Source: Takakia lepidozioides (lineage: Eukaryota > Plantae > Bryophyta). From it: DNA of 64,000 bases. This document shows, piece by piece, positions 37,233 through 49,888 of the stretch. Under the pieces are notes generated by a model that saw nothing but the letters and a program-made list of their open reading frames with translations, had not been told where the DNA came from and searched no databases. Location: assembly GCA_030704615.1 (NCBI GenBank), contig CM060731.1, forward strand, positions 33,294,001-33,358,000, in the 5' to 3' direction. Position 1 is the first letter of the stretch, and every line of letters starts with the position of its first letter. Both the position numbers and the translations under genes were made by a program.

Positions 37233-38180
37233 GGTTTTAGTTCTTGAACAGAATGAGAAGGACATTCAAGGCAGGGAAGACAGGGATTATCAGGGTGACA
37301 GCAAGTTTAACACGCCAAGTCTCTAACATTGATGGGTAGAAAAGAGGCAAAGTCCTCAATGAGTAGAGCACATTTGGATGTGTCAGTTTGGCTGGAGGTT
37401 TTGAATACAGAGTGGGGTCTCCAGGTGCCCCAAGGGAGTTGCATCGACAGTTCCCTGCACAGACAGGGGACCTGAGGCTGGAGTAGGATACTCCAGAAAT
37501 CTTCAGCGCCAGCCTGTCCCAACTGCCCACCACAACCCCCCCCCCCCCCCACACCGCGGTTTCACCAAAGGGTTCTTCAAATTCAAAACTAGAAAGTTGG
37601 AAATTACCGGGAATGCAAGGCAAGATCAAGACTTCAAGCGAGAATTAACTCCCAATTTTGGTGCAGGGATACTGATAGATAGAGTAGTTTTGGCCTTAGG
37701 GACCAGAAGACTTGTCCATAACCATGGGTCTAAGGACTTACTGGGTTTTGTTAGCTGGTGAGAGAAGCCTTCCATAAGGGGACCCTAGTTGTCAATTGTG
37801 CTGTCCTGGTAATCCAGGCCAAAGTGACATGGGCACTTTCAATATGGCAGGAAAAAGGGCCTTGTAAACGAGACATTCTCTGCAAACGCACAACATAAAA
37901 AGGTGATAATATGTCTCATCCGTTGGTGTAGGGCTAATCCTAGCTTGTGGTGAAGTTGACTGGTACATGAATCCACTATGGACTTGTAACCTTCATTTGA
38001 TAAACATCTGCTTGATCATCAAGGAGGAAGGTGGAAAAATGCAGAGGTGCCGTTGTAAATGGTGTACATTAACTGTTTCAGATCAGCAGGAGCATATTTT
38101 GATGCAGCTGCTTAATGTCAGGGAGAGATCACACCCAAGATAAAGCCACCAGAGTGAAGCGGCCACCCTTCTCTTTACTC

Positions 38181-38870
38181 TTCAGTCACACTATCATTGA
38201 CTTCTACATAAAGTAAGTGAACGCTCCAAGTTTTTTGAGCTGCTTTTCTTGAGGTCTTGTCATTTGCTCTTTAGAAGAGTGGCAAATGGCATTGATAACT
38301 TGTACCTAACAAGTACAGGGAAATTTCCAGTTTCCAGTTCAGAGAGAATCTTCTGCTTTGATTTTGCATTAGGTTTTATGCAGTGCCAATGGGGTTCATC
38401 ACTACTAAAGATCTGAAGCATATTTCATTTTGGTATGCAGGTATCTGCAAAGTAAGCTTGCAGCAAAGAACCGAGAGGGCTTCTACTTTTTCAACAGCTG
38501 CTTCTTCAGAAAGCTGGCTGATTCTGACAGGAGTTTGGGTCATGGCAAAACCGCCTTTGAATGTGTGAAGAAGTAGACACGAAAAGTCAACTGATTCAAC
38601 AAAAACTACATTTTCATTCCCATCAATCAGAGGTGCATCTGCTCTTTACATATGCACCATCGTAAAACTAACATAATCCACAAAGAATGATCACTGGGGT
38701 CGATGTTGCACCTTATTCAGGTCAATAAAACCGCTGCAACTTCTAGATATCTGATGCAATGAGTCTATTAGACAATTACTTGCAATCTCAGTTGGTTTTA
38801 TATACCCTGTATGTGGCAGTTTTCCCTGGAGCCTTATTGTCATATGTCATCCTGGAAACATGAGAAGCTC
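38181..38870 (+). pseudogene. ULP2/SPF1-like SUMO protease (peptidase C48) catalytic-domain pseudogene fragment, 3 exons
   Basis: 38181-38212 (HTIIDFYIK), 38441-38632 (YLQSK..FYFFNSCFFRKLAD..GKTAFECVKK*TRKVN*FNKNYIFIPINQS) and 38820-38870 (FPWSLIVICHPG). Two in-frame stops, and the catalytic His of the xHWSL motif is replaced by Pro. Confidence 0.88.
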
Positions 38871-40671
38871 AGCTGTTAATGACATGTTCACAGGCATTGA
38901 TGTTCTTCTGTGTGGTTCCTCACTTACTCACATGATTATAAGCCTCTTGCTTGAAGAGTTTCTCATGGAACTCATGAAAGCCATCTGTGGATGGAAGTTT
39001 GAAGGCTCAGTTTGCTAAAGAGGTGTGCTGAGCCAAGGATCCCTTGGTTTTAATGATCTACAATGTTATACTAAACCCACAACTCAACTTGCACAGGGAA
39101 GTAAATGCAACGAACAGTCAAAATGCCCAATAGCAACTTATTACACTGCGTACTCTACTAAGAGCAAATGCTCTTTACTCCCTTTGCATTGTTGGCATCT
39201 TACCATGATGCTCTGCAAGCTGAGGGTCTCACAAATGAGGTGCTCATTTTATCTTAGTTGTTTCAGCCATTCTGAAAGTTATCCCTCTCACCCAAGTTTA
39301 AAATGGACAAACCCAGCTGCCGGCACAATTCTGTGAGGATCTTGACATACTCCCTAAATCAACAGAAAGGATATCAGTGCACAAATTAGTGCCACAGCAA
39401 CTCCTGCACAAGCACAAAATAAGTACAAGTTAGAAAACCCACTGAAATTTTACCAAAACACAGCTACTGCTGGCAAAGGACAAATAAAGATTGTATAAAA
39501 GTTACTCTGGTCTAGAAAAGCACTTGGAAGAATTAGGATGTGTCAGGCTAGCATTAGAACCTGATGTCAGTTCGACAGCATCCCTTGGCTGATCACAGCA
39601 TCACAACTGCTGTATGGAGCTTCTTGGAAATTTTTGTGTGTCCTGCAATAAGTGAATGATTTCAACTTTTAAGTACAAAATAAGCAAACAACAATCTGAG
39701 GATTTTGGCAGGTAATGGTAGGGGACAGAATGCAGTGCCAGCTGAAAGGGCCTGCGATGAAGGTCCAGCACACAGCCACTGAGGTGAATCCTCAACTTTG
39801 CTACTCAGTAATACTCAATAGCTTGACTTGGAGTACAGAATGCTAAACGGGGTTGGTAACCGTAGCAAAAGCCATAGCTGGTGCAAGAGCTCCGTGAAGA
39901 AGAAGTGTCTGGCATATATTTACACACAAGCTCATGTACAAGCCTTTTTGCAGACAAACACCTGCTTGGTGATGCAGGCAAAAGACAGACCGAGTTAAGC
40001 TACGTTGAATTTTGACAATACTCACCTATACAAAGAGATTTAACACTAAATCTGCAACCACAGCGACATAAATTCAACTAAGATTAAAAGACTTGCAAAT
40101 GGCTGCTAAGACTGCCTTTGTCCAAAGCAGCATGACAAAACAGTGATTGACAAGAGTGGCCTGATTACACTTTCTCATGTAACCCTGAAGCATTGGCCTT
40201 GCTAGTCTACCTCAAAGGGTTTGACAGAGCTTGAGTTTCTAGCTTTATACTGCATTGGTGCCCTTATACAGGGCAGCTCGTGTGTTAGAGCCTTGTAAGA
40301 GAAAAAAAAATAGAAGGACAGTCTTCCCTGACGGAAAAGGAATGAGGTATAATTCTTTTTTCTGAGCCCATGCTAAGTAGAGCCCTTTAAGGTCGCTTCA
40401 GTTCTCAATAAATCAGGTGGTATTCTACGCTAAGAACTGATTTTCAAATTGCAACCTGCATCAATTGGGAAGGATCTTTCACCGATTTTGTCTTCCCAAA
40501 AGACTGACAGTATATGTAACCACACTTGCTGCTGAACATCCTACCAAACTTTGCCATGCAGCTGAGAGCACAGATACTCCTCAACATAAGCCAATGCAAA
40601 TTTGAATGAAGATGAACGTGAGTATGCCCAAAGTGCCCTGATACCAGGGCCACCTGGAAAAACAAATCTTA

Positions 40672-41000
40672 CCTCGAATTCAGCTCCAGGAAACCGTGCG
40701 GGAAAGTGGGTGGTGAAGAACTCTTCTGCAATCTTCTCGGCATTGCGGTGTACAACAAGCATCCACCACTGGTACCTTTTGGTGGCTAACCGATTCACAT
40801 CCAGCACCTCCTGCCAACCCTTGGTTTTTCTCTGTTTAGCCAGCAGATTTTCCTCGACCTCTTCTCTCCATGACTCTTTTGACTCTTTCAGCACTTCCTG
40901 CCGTTGATTTCATAGCTTCCGTCTATCTTTCGGGCTCAGTTGCTCAGTAATCTCTGCCAAACGTATAGACTGTGTGACAAAAATTAAGCTCAGTATATCC
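40672..41000 (-). pseudogene. pTAC13 (plastid NusG-like) first-exon pseudogene fragment
   Basis: LSPKDRRKL*NQRQE..SWREEVEENLLAKQRK..WQEVLDVNRLATKRYQWW..FPGAEFE followed by GTAAG resembles pTAC13 (LTAKERRQLRNERRE..SWREEVEERL..QWW..FPEMEF). TGA at 40910-40912; downstream exons not found. Confidence 0.75.
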
Positions 41001-41682
41001 TCGTTTGCGGCGAACTCCTTAGGGAGAAAATTTTGGAAGGAGTGTTTGGAGATGAAATTCCCCTTCCACGTCTTACTTGGATCACAGTGGAGATCAAATG
41101 GGACATCCGTTGTTCAACCTGATTCAACTGTTGCATTAGACGGCCCTCCATCGTAACGCTCACGCTGAGGGAATTCGTGCAGCTCCCTGCAGACTACAAA
41201 GAAACGGGAAGGCTACACAGAACTACTAAGACAAGAATAACAGCTACAGTGGCTCCCGCTTGCGACCCTCTTGCGACCCTCGAAGGGGAGGAGGAGGGTT
41301 GAGACTTGAGACTTGATCTTAATTTTTTCAGAAATATAAAACTTTAGGTGTTTCCCTTTAAAAAAACAAACGAAAAAAAAACTTAATCCCTCTAATAATC
41401 CCAATCGAATATTTGAGCGTGCCACGTCGCCAGTCCTTTAGAGGTTAAATTAAATAATAATAAAGCTAAATTACAAAATTAAAAAAACCTTCCTGCCCGT
41501 GGCAATCGAACGAAGCGTAGAGCTGCCTTGAGAGGTAGCTATTGTAGGAGAGCTACAAGGATGGTGTATGCATGCAAGCTCACTGCTTTGGATCTTGCCT
41601 TCCTACCTTTCGCTATTCACTCAATTCCTCTTGTGCATGTGGTGCTTTTTGTGCGACATTGGTGTTTCGGGGTGTGAAGGTG

Positions 41683-42843
41683 TAGGGAATTCCAAAAAGG
41701 CCTTGATGTGCAATGCATCGCAATTCACTTGATCACCCCTTAAAAGTGCGCAATTCAATTGAACTAACCCTAATTTGCAATTGTAATCTATAATTTTTAA
41801 CTTAATTCTATATATAATATATATATGTATATATTTAAATTATACATATATACATACACAGGTATAAGCTAAAAATACATGTTGCCCGTCTATTCTTGCT
41901 GTCCGTTTGTCAATCCTTTGCCCGTGGTAAGGCTTGAGCCCAAGATAAGTGGCGAGAGAGGGAGAGAGAGAGAGAGGAAGTCATGAAGTGCTTGTAAAAG
42001 CGGGATTGTCTCTCTTTGTGGATGTTGGTGCCAATATATGGCTATGTACATATACCAAACATGATACCAATGTAAGAGTATCATCGTGTAAGAGTTTGAT
42101 ATATAGAACACACATCCCAACTTCAACATGATACCTTTGTAAGGGTATCGAAATTTTTGATAATTCTCAAGATGAACATATTTTTTGTTTTCTTTGTCCT
42201 GGGCCAGATACTAGTGTTAGGGGACTACATGGTGATGCAGGGGAAGCCTTTCATCAACTGTCAGGTTTGATTTTGTCTGTTTTTTTCGGAGCCAGCCATG
42301 TTTCTTTTGCCAGTGAATCACAGGAAGCTGCTGATCTGTCTCCGTCTCTGGCTCTCCCTTTCTCGCTGAGGTTGAGGGTGGCTTCACAACTCCACAATTT
42401 CCTCAAGGGCACAAGAAAGAGGGCCAGCAAGAATAGACGGGCAACATGTATTTTTAGCTTATACTCTTATATGTGTATAAATATAATTTGAATATATACA
42501 TGTACATATATATTATATATATTATATTAAAAATAAGTTAAAAAATTATAGATTACAATTCAATTGAATTGTAGTCAGCAATTCAATTGAATTGCCAACT
42601 AGCGATTCAATTGAATCGCGAATTGGCAATTCAATTGAATTGCTGACTACAATTCAATTCAATTGTTGACTGCAATTCAATTGAATTACGAGTTGACAAT
42701 TCAATTGATTGCCAATTCGCAATTCAATTGAATCGTGTGCCGACAATTCAATTGAATTGCAAATTAGGGTTATTGCGCACTTTTAGGGGGTGATCAAGTG
42801 AATTGTGATGCATTTCACATCAAGGCCTTTTTGGAATTCCCTA
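41683..42843. mobile_element. Non-autonomous long-TIR DNA transposon, copy 1 (TAGGG...CCCTA, 7-bp TSD GAAGGTG)
   Basis: TIR TAGGGAATTCCAAAAAGGCCTTGATGTG.. extending over 200 bp; CAATTCAATTGAATTG arrays; TSD at 41676-41682 and 42844-42850. Confidence 0.92.
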
Positions 42844-42850
42844 GAAGGTG

Positions 42851-43984
42851 TAGGGAATTCCAAAAAGGCCTTGATGTGAATGCATTGCAATTCACTTGAT
42901 CACCCCCCTAAAAGTGCGCAATTCAATTGAATTGCTAAAACTACCTTGAAAACAACCCTAATTTGCAATTCAATTGAATTGTGAATTTGCAAATCAATTG
43001 AATTGCTGACTACAATTCAATTGAATTGTAATCTACAATTTTTAACTTATTTCTGTATATATTATATATATGTACATATTTAAATTATACATATATGCAT
43101 ACAAAAGTATAAGCTAAAAATACATGTTGCCCATCTATTCTTGCTGTCCGTCTGTCAATCCTTTGCCCGTGGTAAGGCTGGAGCCCGAGATAAGCCTAAG
43201 GGAGAGCGAGAGAGGGAGAGAGAGAGAGAGGAAGTCATGAAGCGCTTGTAAAAGCGGGACTGTCCCTCTTTGTGGATGTTGGTGCCAATATATGGCTATG
43301 TACATATACCAAACATGATACCAATGTAAGAGTTTGATATATTAAACTTATATGAAACACACATCCCGACTTCAACTTTGTAAGCGTATCGAAACAACAT
43401 TATTTTTGATAATTCTCAAGATGAACATATCATTTGTTTTCTTTGTCCTGGGCCAGATACTAGTGTTAGGGGACTACATGATGATGCAGGGCAAGTCTTT
43501 TATCAATTGTCAGGTTTGATTTTGTCTTTCAGAGCTAGCCATGCTTCTTTTGCCAGTGAATCACATGAAGCTACTGATCTCTCTCCCTCTTTGGCTCTCC
43601 CTTTCTCGTTGAGGCTGGCGTCATAACTCTGGCTTCACAACTACACAATTTCCTCAAGGGCACAAGAAAGAGGGGCAGCAAGAATAGACGGGCAACATGT
43701 ATTTTTAGCTTATACTCTTATATGTGTATAAATATAATTTGAATATATACATATACATTTATATTATATATTATATATAGAAATAAGTTAAAAAATTATA
43801 GATTACAATTCAATTGAATTGTAGTCAGCAATTCAATTGGTTTGCAAATTCACAATTCAATTGAATTGCCAATTCACAATTCAATTGAATCTTGTGCCGA
43901 CAATTCAATTGAATTGCGCACTTTTAGGGGGGTGATCAAGTGAATTGCAATGCATTTCACATCAAGGCCTTTTGGAATTCCCTA
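42851..43984. mobile_element. Non-autonomous long-TIR DNA transposon, copy 2 (tandem, shares TSD)
   Basis: Same TIRs and interior as copy 1 with scattered substitutions and indels; third GAAGGTG at 43985-43991. Confidence 0.92.
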
Positions 43985-44180
43985 GAAGGTGATCTAGTTC
44001 AATCGGGGTGGAGTCGCACCCTTTGTAGGCCGTTTCTCAGCTTGTGTCGAAGGGCCAGGGGACCTCTAGAAGACTGGTACCGGTAAATGATGTGTTATCT
44101 TCGATAATTGACAGGTTTTTGTGACCTTGAACGGGAACGTAAGACCTGAAACACCGCCAGGGTTTCCGTTACTCAGAGCC

Positions 44181-44329
44181 ATGGTTTTCAGCAAATCGTG
44201 GGGGCAGGAGAAGAGGCAAGGGCGTGATTGCTCAGACAAGTTGGACACGTCCGTGTTTGATTTCAGCGAAGAGGAGGAAGAGGTCTTGCCCCTCCATTCA
44301 GAATTCCAGGAGCATTTTTAGGCCCTACT
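44181..44329 (+). pseudogene. Putative first coding exon of a ULP2/SPF-like SUMO protease (pseudogenised)
   Basis: MVFSKSW..LDTSVFDFSEEEEEVLPLHSEFQEHF* then a GTGAGT donor. Resembles the (D/E)VFD(F/Y)xEEDE N-terminal motif of plant SPF1/SPF2. Confidence 0.55.
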
Positions 44330-45133
44330 GTGAGTCTACCTTTGCCTTGAGGGATCTCTATTTACATAGCCGAAATTGTTTGTGCACTCATGCCTTAACA
44401 TTACCCGATGCATGCTTTGGAATTTGACACTTGAAACTATAGCAAGGCTTGTCACTTACAAGAAGTCTGTCTAACTTGACACATTTCAATCAGAGGAAGA
44501 ATTGTCATCTGCACTCGCATACTCCAGTCGGCAACGTGACAGAATGAAGATCGGGTATTCAGAGAGCTGAGCCTTCTCTCAACGTATTCCCGTGATTTAC
44601 ATTTCATACAATGCGCCAGCTCTCTGGAAATTTGCAGTTGTGAATTGCTTTCTTTAGAAATTGAAGAAAATTGAAAACTGATGTGTGTTATCTGCTTTTC
44701 ATTTGGAGATAGCGCCAGATGCAGAGTTTCAAGATGTTCATTTTCGGATTGTGTGATGCTGTTGATCCTTTGATCTTCTCCTCCTCTTACACTACTTTTG
44801 TTAGCTACTTGATGTAATGCTTCTTATACAAGGCATGTGCGGGTCTAATCAGCAGAGGTACATGGTTAATTCCATTGGCAAGCACACTCCAATTGTCATC
44901 ACTGCTTCCCCCGCAAAGCTTGGAGATCAGTATGTTCAGTCACCATGTCTGACATTCTCTGTGCAGTGCATTGAGGTGAAAACAGGAAAGGGCTGTGCAA
45001 ACGGCCTTCTCCGCCCTTGAGGAAGTTTCTTAATTCAAGTCTTTCTACAAAGACTACAGACATGATAAAAAAAGGAAACAGTACCATCTTGAGTGTGCGA
45101 GAAGCTTATGAGTGACACCCTGGCATTGTGGTG

Positions 45134-48100
45134 CTATGGCAGCTTACACGGAATTGGTTCAAACTTCAAACCATCAGATGCCTCAAGAAAGCGTCTCTTT
45201 ATCCTAAGCCTTATTTGTAAACTACATTGTGAGTTTACATCAATCGGGACTGCTGACGAGTTGCGAAGTCCACTGTCAACCGGCAGGCTTAATATTTGCA
45301 TCTCACCTGACTCCCACTCCATTGCATCTGATTTTCTGTTGCCTTCAAGAAATGGGGGACTGGTGTGCCAAAATAATCCTATTGACGGAACACCTATGGG
45401 ATTTGAGACACTGGTCACAGCTGGACGTTTTTTAGTTAGAGGCGAGTGGTAACTTGCTGCAGTTGTCGTGATTGGAAGTAAGAATGTCTGCGTGCTGCAC
45501 AAGATTCAGTTTCCACAAACCTGGACTTGCGTTTCTCAGTTTCGTCTTCATCATCTGCATCTTCCCTACAGTCCATATTAACATGCTAAATTCAATGGGG
45601 GCTTCAATGATCAGCAAAACAGAACTTTGATAGAATACTCTAACGTGAGTTGCAGCTATCAGATTTTCACTTCCAAAGCTCCACACAACGAATATTATGA
45701 TTTGTGGTTCCATTGCAGTATGCGATTAGAGGGCAAGACAGAGTCCACTTAAGGGCCTACAGATAGACCAGACACAGCCAAGGCTAGTTAGGGAAAGGCT
45801 GAAGCTCACCAATAGACATCAACCCCCCCAGCAGCAAAGAAAGGCTTGCAAGTAGCCCAGCTGAAGCGCACCAGCGATGGGAACCCAAAAACAGGGTCCA
45901 CGTGTTGTTGCAGCCAAGACTTAGTTTCAGGATCTGAAGCACATGGGGTTGACTGGTTAGAGCAGGAAAATACCCCATAAGTTACTCTAATCAATTTCAA
46001 ACTATTGACAGATCCAGTAATTCTAGCTGCAACCGAAAAGTCACATACTTCTCAATTGTGAGCCTAAGGTCTCACTTAAGTATCCCAAGATGATGGCTCC
46101 AATGCAATGAGAGATGCATACTTTAACAAATGTCATAAGCTTGTCGTAAGTCAACCCTCCTGTCACTCTGATACCAGCTGCCTCCCAGTTGCATGGCTGA
46201 GTTGTAGCTGATATCAAGCTGCAGGATAACTAGCATACTTTCGATCATCTGATTTGAGGTGTACCAAATGTTATTATGCTTTTATACTACCAGCTCTAGT
46301 CAGTGGTGAAAGCACAGGAAGATTAAGAGAATGGGATGAACCTGCAGGATAACCAGACCCAAAGTTTCTATCAATCTTCTTGCCAGTCTCATCCATGATC
46401 CAATCTCGCAGTGATCTATCTCTTGTCACCTGTTCGAGAAGACAGGATCAATTAGTAATGCTCCCTTACCTCTCTCTTGTTCATATGTTCATAGATGACC
46501 TTTCTCAAGTGCTGAAGGGTACCAGAATCAGCACAGCTTTTTGTACTGGGCAATCTTTATAACTATTAGCAGCTATAAAACACTGGACCATAGATGTACA
46601 TTTACCTTAGCAACAATACTAGCTGCGCTGACAATCGGAAAGAGGCTGTCTGCTTTCTTGGACACTGTGAATGTGATCCCAGGGAAGCGCTCCATCAGGG
46701 AGGCCTGATACTTTCCTGCGTCTCCAACTGTGTCCACATATACCTGTCCTCAATTCGTCAATATTGACGGGGCTCAATCATCTGGAGACGTGCTTCTAAA
46801 ATTTCCAAAGAAGAATCTATTATAAATCCCAACTCCTCATGGCTATGTCCACAAATTCGAGCCACAACAGCATTATACAACTTCCTAAATATGGCCTATG
46901 GAGATGATCATCAGTATTGCACACGTGATTTTTGCAACATGTGACAATGGATAGTTCTCCATTGAGAACAGATTATCATAAGAACCGATATTCTTTCAAT
47001 TACATGCTCACCCATCACCAGCCCTGCATATCAAATAATGAGGAAGACTTACCTCACGCAGAGAAATGCCCAACTTCAAAGTGCTTTGGATCAAGCCCAT
47101 TGCAGATTCAAAGGAAATCGTATTGAGACTCCTCCTTTCCCTGGAAGAATAATCCAATACCAGTAGTCCAGAATTACATTCAAGCAAAGAAAAGATATAT
47201 AGGAGATTTGAGTTTCACAACCAAATTTCCTGCAGAGGTTCTGGCTTTGTGACTTCCCACTTGAATGCATTGCCAATGTGCTGTGCTTCATTGTAGGGGC
47301 TGCCAGTACGAATTGCTAGTCACACTTTTGACACTGGCACTCAGAGAGAGACACTCAGGCCCATGTGAGCTGTGAAGAATTGCAGTAAAGTTCGAAAGAA
47401 ATATTAAGAACAAAGGCATTACAGTGTCCCTTGAGATGCACAGATTCTGTTAGATACAAGCGAAAGCCAGAGTTGCGTCTGCAACACAAAAAGTCCTCAT
47501 GAAGGTCTGTGCATCGACAAACCTCCTCAACATTTGTGCAGAGAGGGCCCTAGGATCAATCACATCAACTGCCCATCCCATACAGTTGTCTGCAAGAATG
47601 CTCTCATAAAGCTCCTCCCGTTTGGCCTCTCTCAATACCTTCGAATCTGTCCCAAAACCAAACGTGCAATGAATGGCATGATAGAAAACTGGCAAACTCC
47701 ATGCTGTTTGCACTGACTTCCCTACAGAATGGAGAGTCCAGATATTACAGTTTTCACAGTGATCTCGTAAAGATGGTTTGAACTTCCTCATTTATCCTCA
47801 ACGGTTTCAAGAAGAATTGACCATCGATGATTGCTTCTGTGATATGAGAAGCAATGAAATTAAAGCGTGAACCCCTTAGGCAACTTTTCCCAGATTGACA
47901 GGACTGGGGAGGTGTTATAATCAGGCCACATTCATGGCTGATCTGACCAGAGTTAGCTGTATTTTTGCAACTGACATGCATTTGCAATAGCACAAGCATG
48001 GCCTAGCATACCTTGTCAAGTTTATTGGCGTTCATTGAACACCATTATTGTGCGTATACATGAGACATTGAAATAACAAAAACTCTTTGTTACCAAATTT

Positions 48101-48613
48101 CTTTATTTTGCTAGGCTAGAAGAGAGGGAGCCAAGAATAAATAGTTCTAGGAAAGCGCACAGTAGCAATCTATTTGTCCTCATCCGATTTGATAGTACTA
48201 TGAAGAACAGTCAAGATCATCTGATCAAGCATATCTGCGAATTGCTAATGTCTCAATACTCGAGAACGTTACTACAGGGCGCCAGGGATGATAGAGCACC
48301 GGCAAACTGCATTGTAGAGATGCGCACTTTCTGATCGAGAGGACAAAACACACATCCGTACACCATAGGCCCTGCCATTCCAACGTTCCCACCACGTCTT
48401 TAAATCAATGAGAATAGCAATGAAAGAGAGAGGCTCACAAATGTGACTTGGAAAAAGGCCCGGCTCTGAAGAAGATATTAAGAGTACAGATGGAATACAA
48501 AATCTTGGGGTAGGGACAGCCATACCTAGAACAGGACCCCGGCCCGCCTCATCGATTCCCATGAGACAGGGCATATGTGCCCAGGCTGGAGGTGGCGAAG
48601 AAACTGCCACCAT
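45134..48613 (-). CDS. RNASEH2A: Ribonuclease H2 subunit A, 8 coding exons
   Basis: 48526-48613 ([13 protein letters not shown]), ~48301-48372 ([10 protein letters not shown]), ~47523-47647 ([14 protein letters not shown]), ~47053-47141, ~46606-46743 ([26 protein letters not shown]), ~46343-46429 (VTRDR..FGSGYP), ~45810-45933 ([21 protein letters not shown]) and 45134-45315. Confidence 0.95.
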
Positions 48614-48889
48614 TGCTCCCTCAACAATAACTGTAATACCATGATTTGCAAGGTTGGAAACAAGAGTGCAAAGAAAGGTCAGAGAGAACTCGAGAATCTC
48701 AGTTCAGGAGTTCCTACTACGGTGCAGATCGCAACCATAAACAGACAGACACAAACTTTATTCGTCCTTCGGATCCGTGGTTGTTTCCAACCACATGCTT
48801 CAAATTGTCAAGAAAGGAGAGTCGAAGAGGGACAATGGAAACAGGCGACGCAGATTTCCTTATCCGATATCTATCCTCTAAGAATTCCA

Positions 48890-49727
48890 GTACAAGCCGT
48901 TATTGTGCAGATCGCGACCACACTCTCGACCAAACTTACAATCTTCAAAACATATTTGCAAATTGCAACCATCTAACTCAATCAGATTTCCAGAAGCTCA
49001 CATTTGGTACACATTGCACAGAATTCGATCACATGCGCAAAGCCAACTACGTCCCGCCTCCCTTCGTCCTGGCCTCAGCTGCTCAAATGAGCGCGAAAGC
49101 AGTACCAGCCGTTATTATGCAGATCGCGACCACACTCTCGACCAAACTTACAAATCTTCCAGACATATTTGCAACCATCTACCTCAATCGGGTTTCCCAA
49201 AGCTCACATTTTGTACAAATTGCACAGAATTAGAGACGATCACATGCGCAAAGCCAACAACGTCCCGCCTCCCTTCGTCCTGGCCTCAGCAGCTCATGAG
49301 CGCGAAAGCAGTACCAGCCGTTATTATGCAGATCGCGACCACACTCTCGACCAAACTTACAAATCTTCCACACATATTGCAACCATCTACCTCAATCGGG
49401 TTTCCAAAAGCTCACATTTGGTTCAAATCGCAAAGAATTAGAGACGATCACATGCGCAAAGCCAACAACGTCCCGCTTCCCTTCGTCCTGGCCTCAGCAG
49501 CTCAAATGAGCGCGAAAGCAGTACCAGCCGTTATTATGCAGATCGCAACCACACTCTCGACCAAACTTACAAGTCTTTACATATTGCAATCATCTACCTC
49601 AATCGGGTTTCCCAAAGCTCACATTGGGTTCAAATCGCACAGAATTAGAGGCGATCACATGCGCAAAGCCAACAACGTCCCGCCTCCCTTCGTCCTGGCC
49701 TCAGCAGCTCAAATGAGCGCGAAAGCA
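48890..49727. repeat. Tandem repeat, ~208-bp unit, about 4 copies, upstream of RNASEH2A
   Basis: GATCACATGCGCAAAGCC recurs at 49027, 49238, 49446 and 49653. Confidence 0.95.
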
Positions 49728-49865
49728 AACCATGACGTCATTGTCCTTGGCAAATCTCTGACATATTTCCCGAGCACGTTCCCACAACAGTTAAACGCAT
49801 AAGTGACAACATTACGAACCAGTCCAAACAAACGGGGTAGGTTTACATAAACAAATGCGGTGCAC

Positions 49866-49888
49866 ATATATATATATATATATATATA
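49866..49888. repeat. (AT)n microsatellite
   Basis: Read directly from the sequence. Confidence 0.9.

Noticed and set aside
40910-40912. TGA in the pTAC13-like exon as a U-to-C editing site
   Set aside because: Nuclear locus with additional stops and missing exons; CpG deamination (CGA>TGA) is simpler.
42555-42760. CRISPR-like array of CAATTCAATTGAATTG with short spacers
   Set aside because: Eukaryotic context, spacers only a few nt, no cas genes; lies inside a transposon TIR.
48646-49802. Long overlapping ORFs of 195 and 299 aa
   Set aside because: Products of the ~208-bp tandem repeat; repetitive translation with frame switching and no domain.
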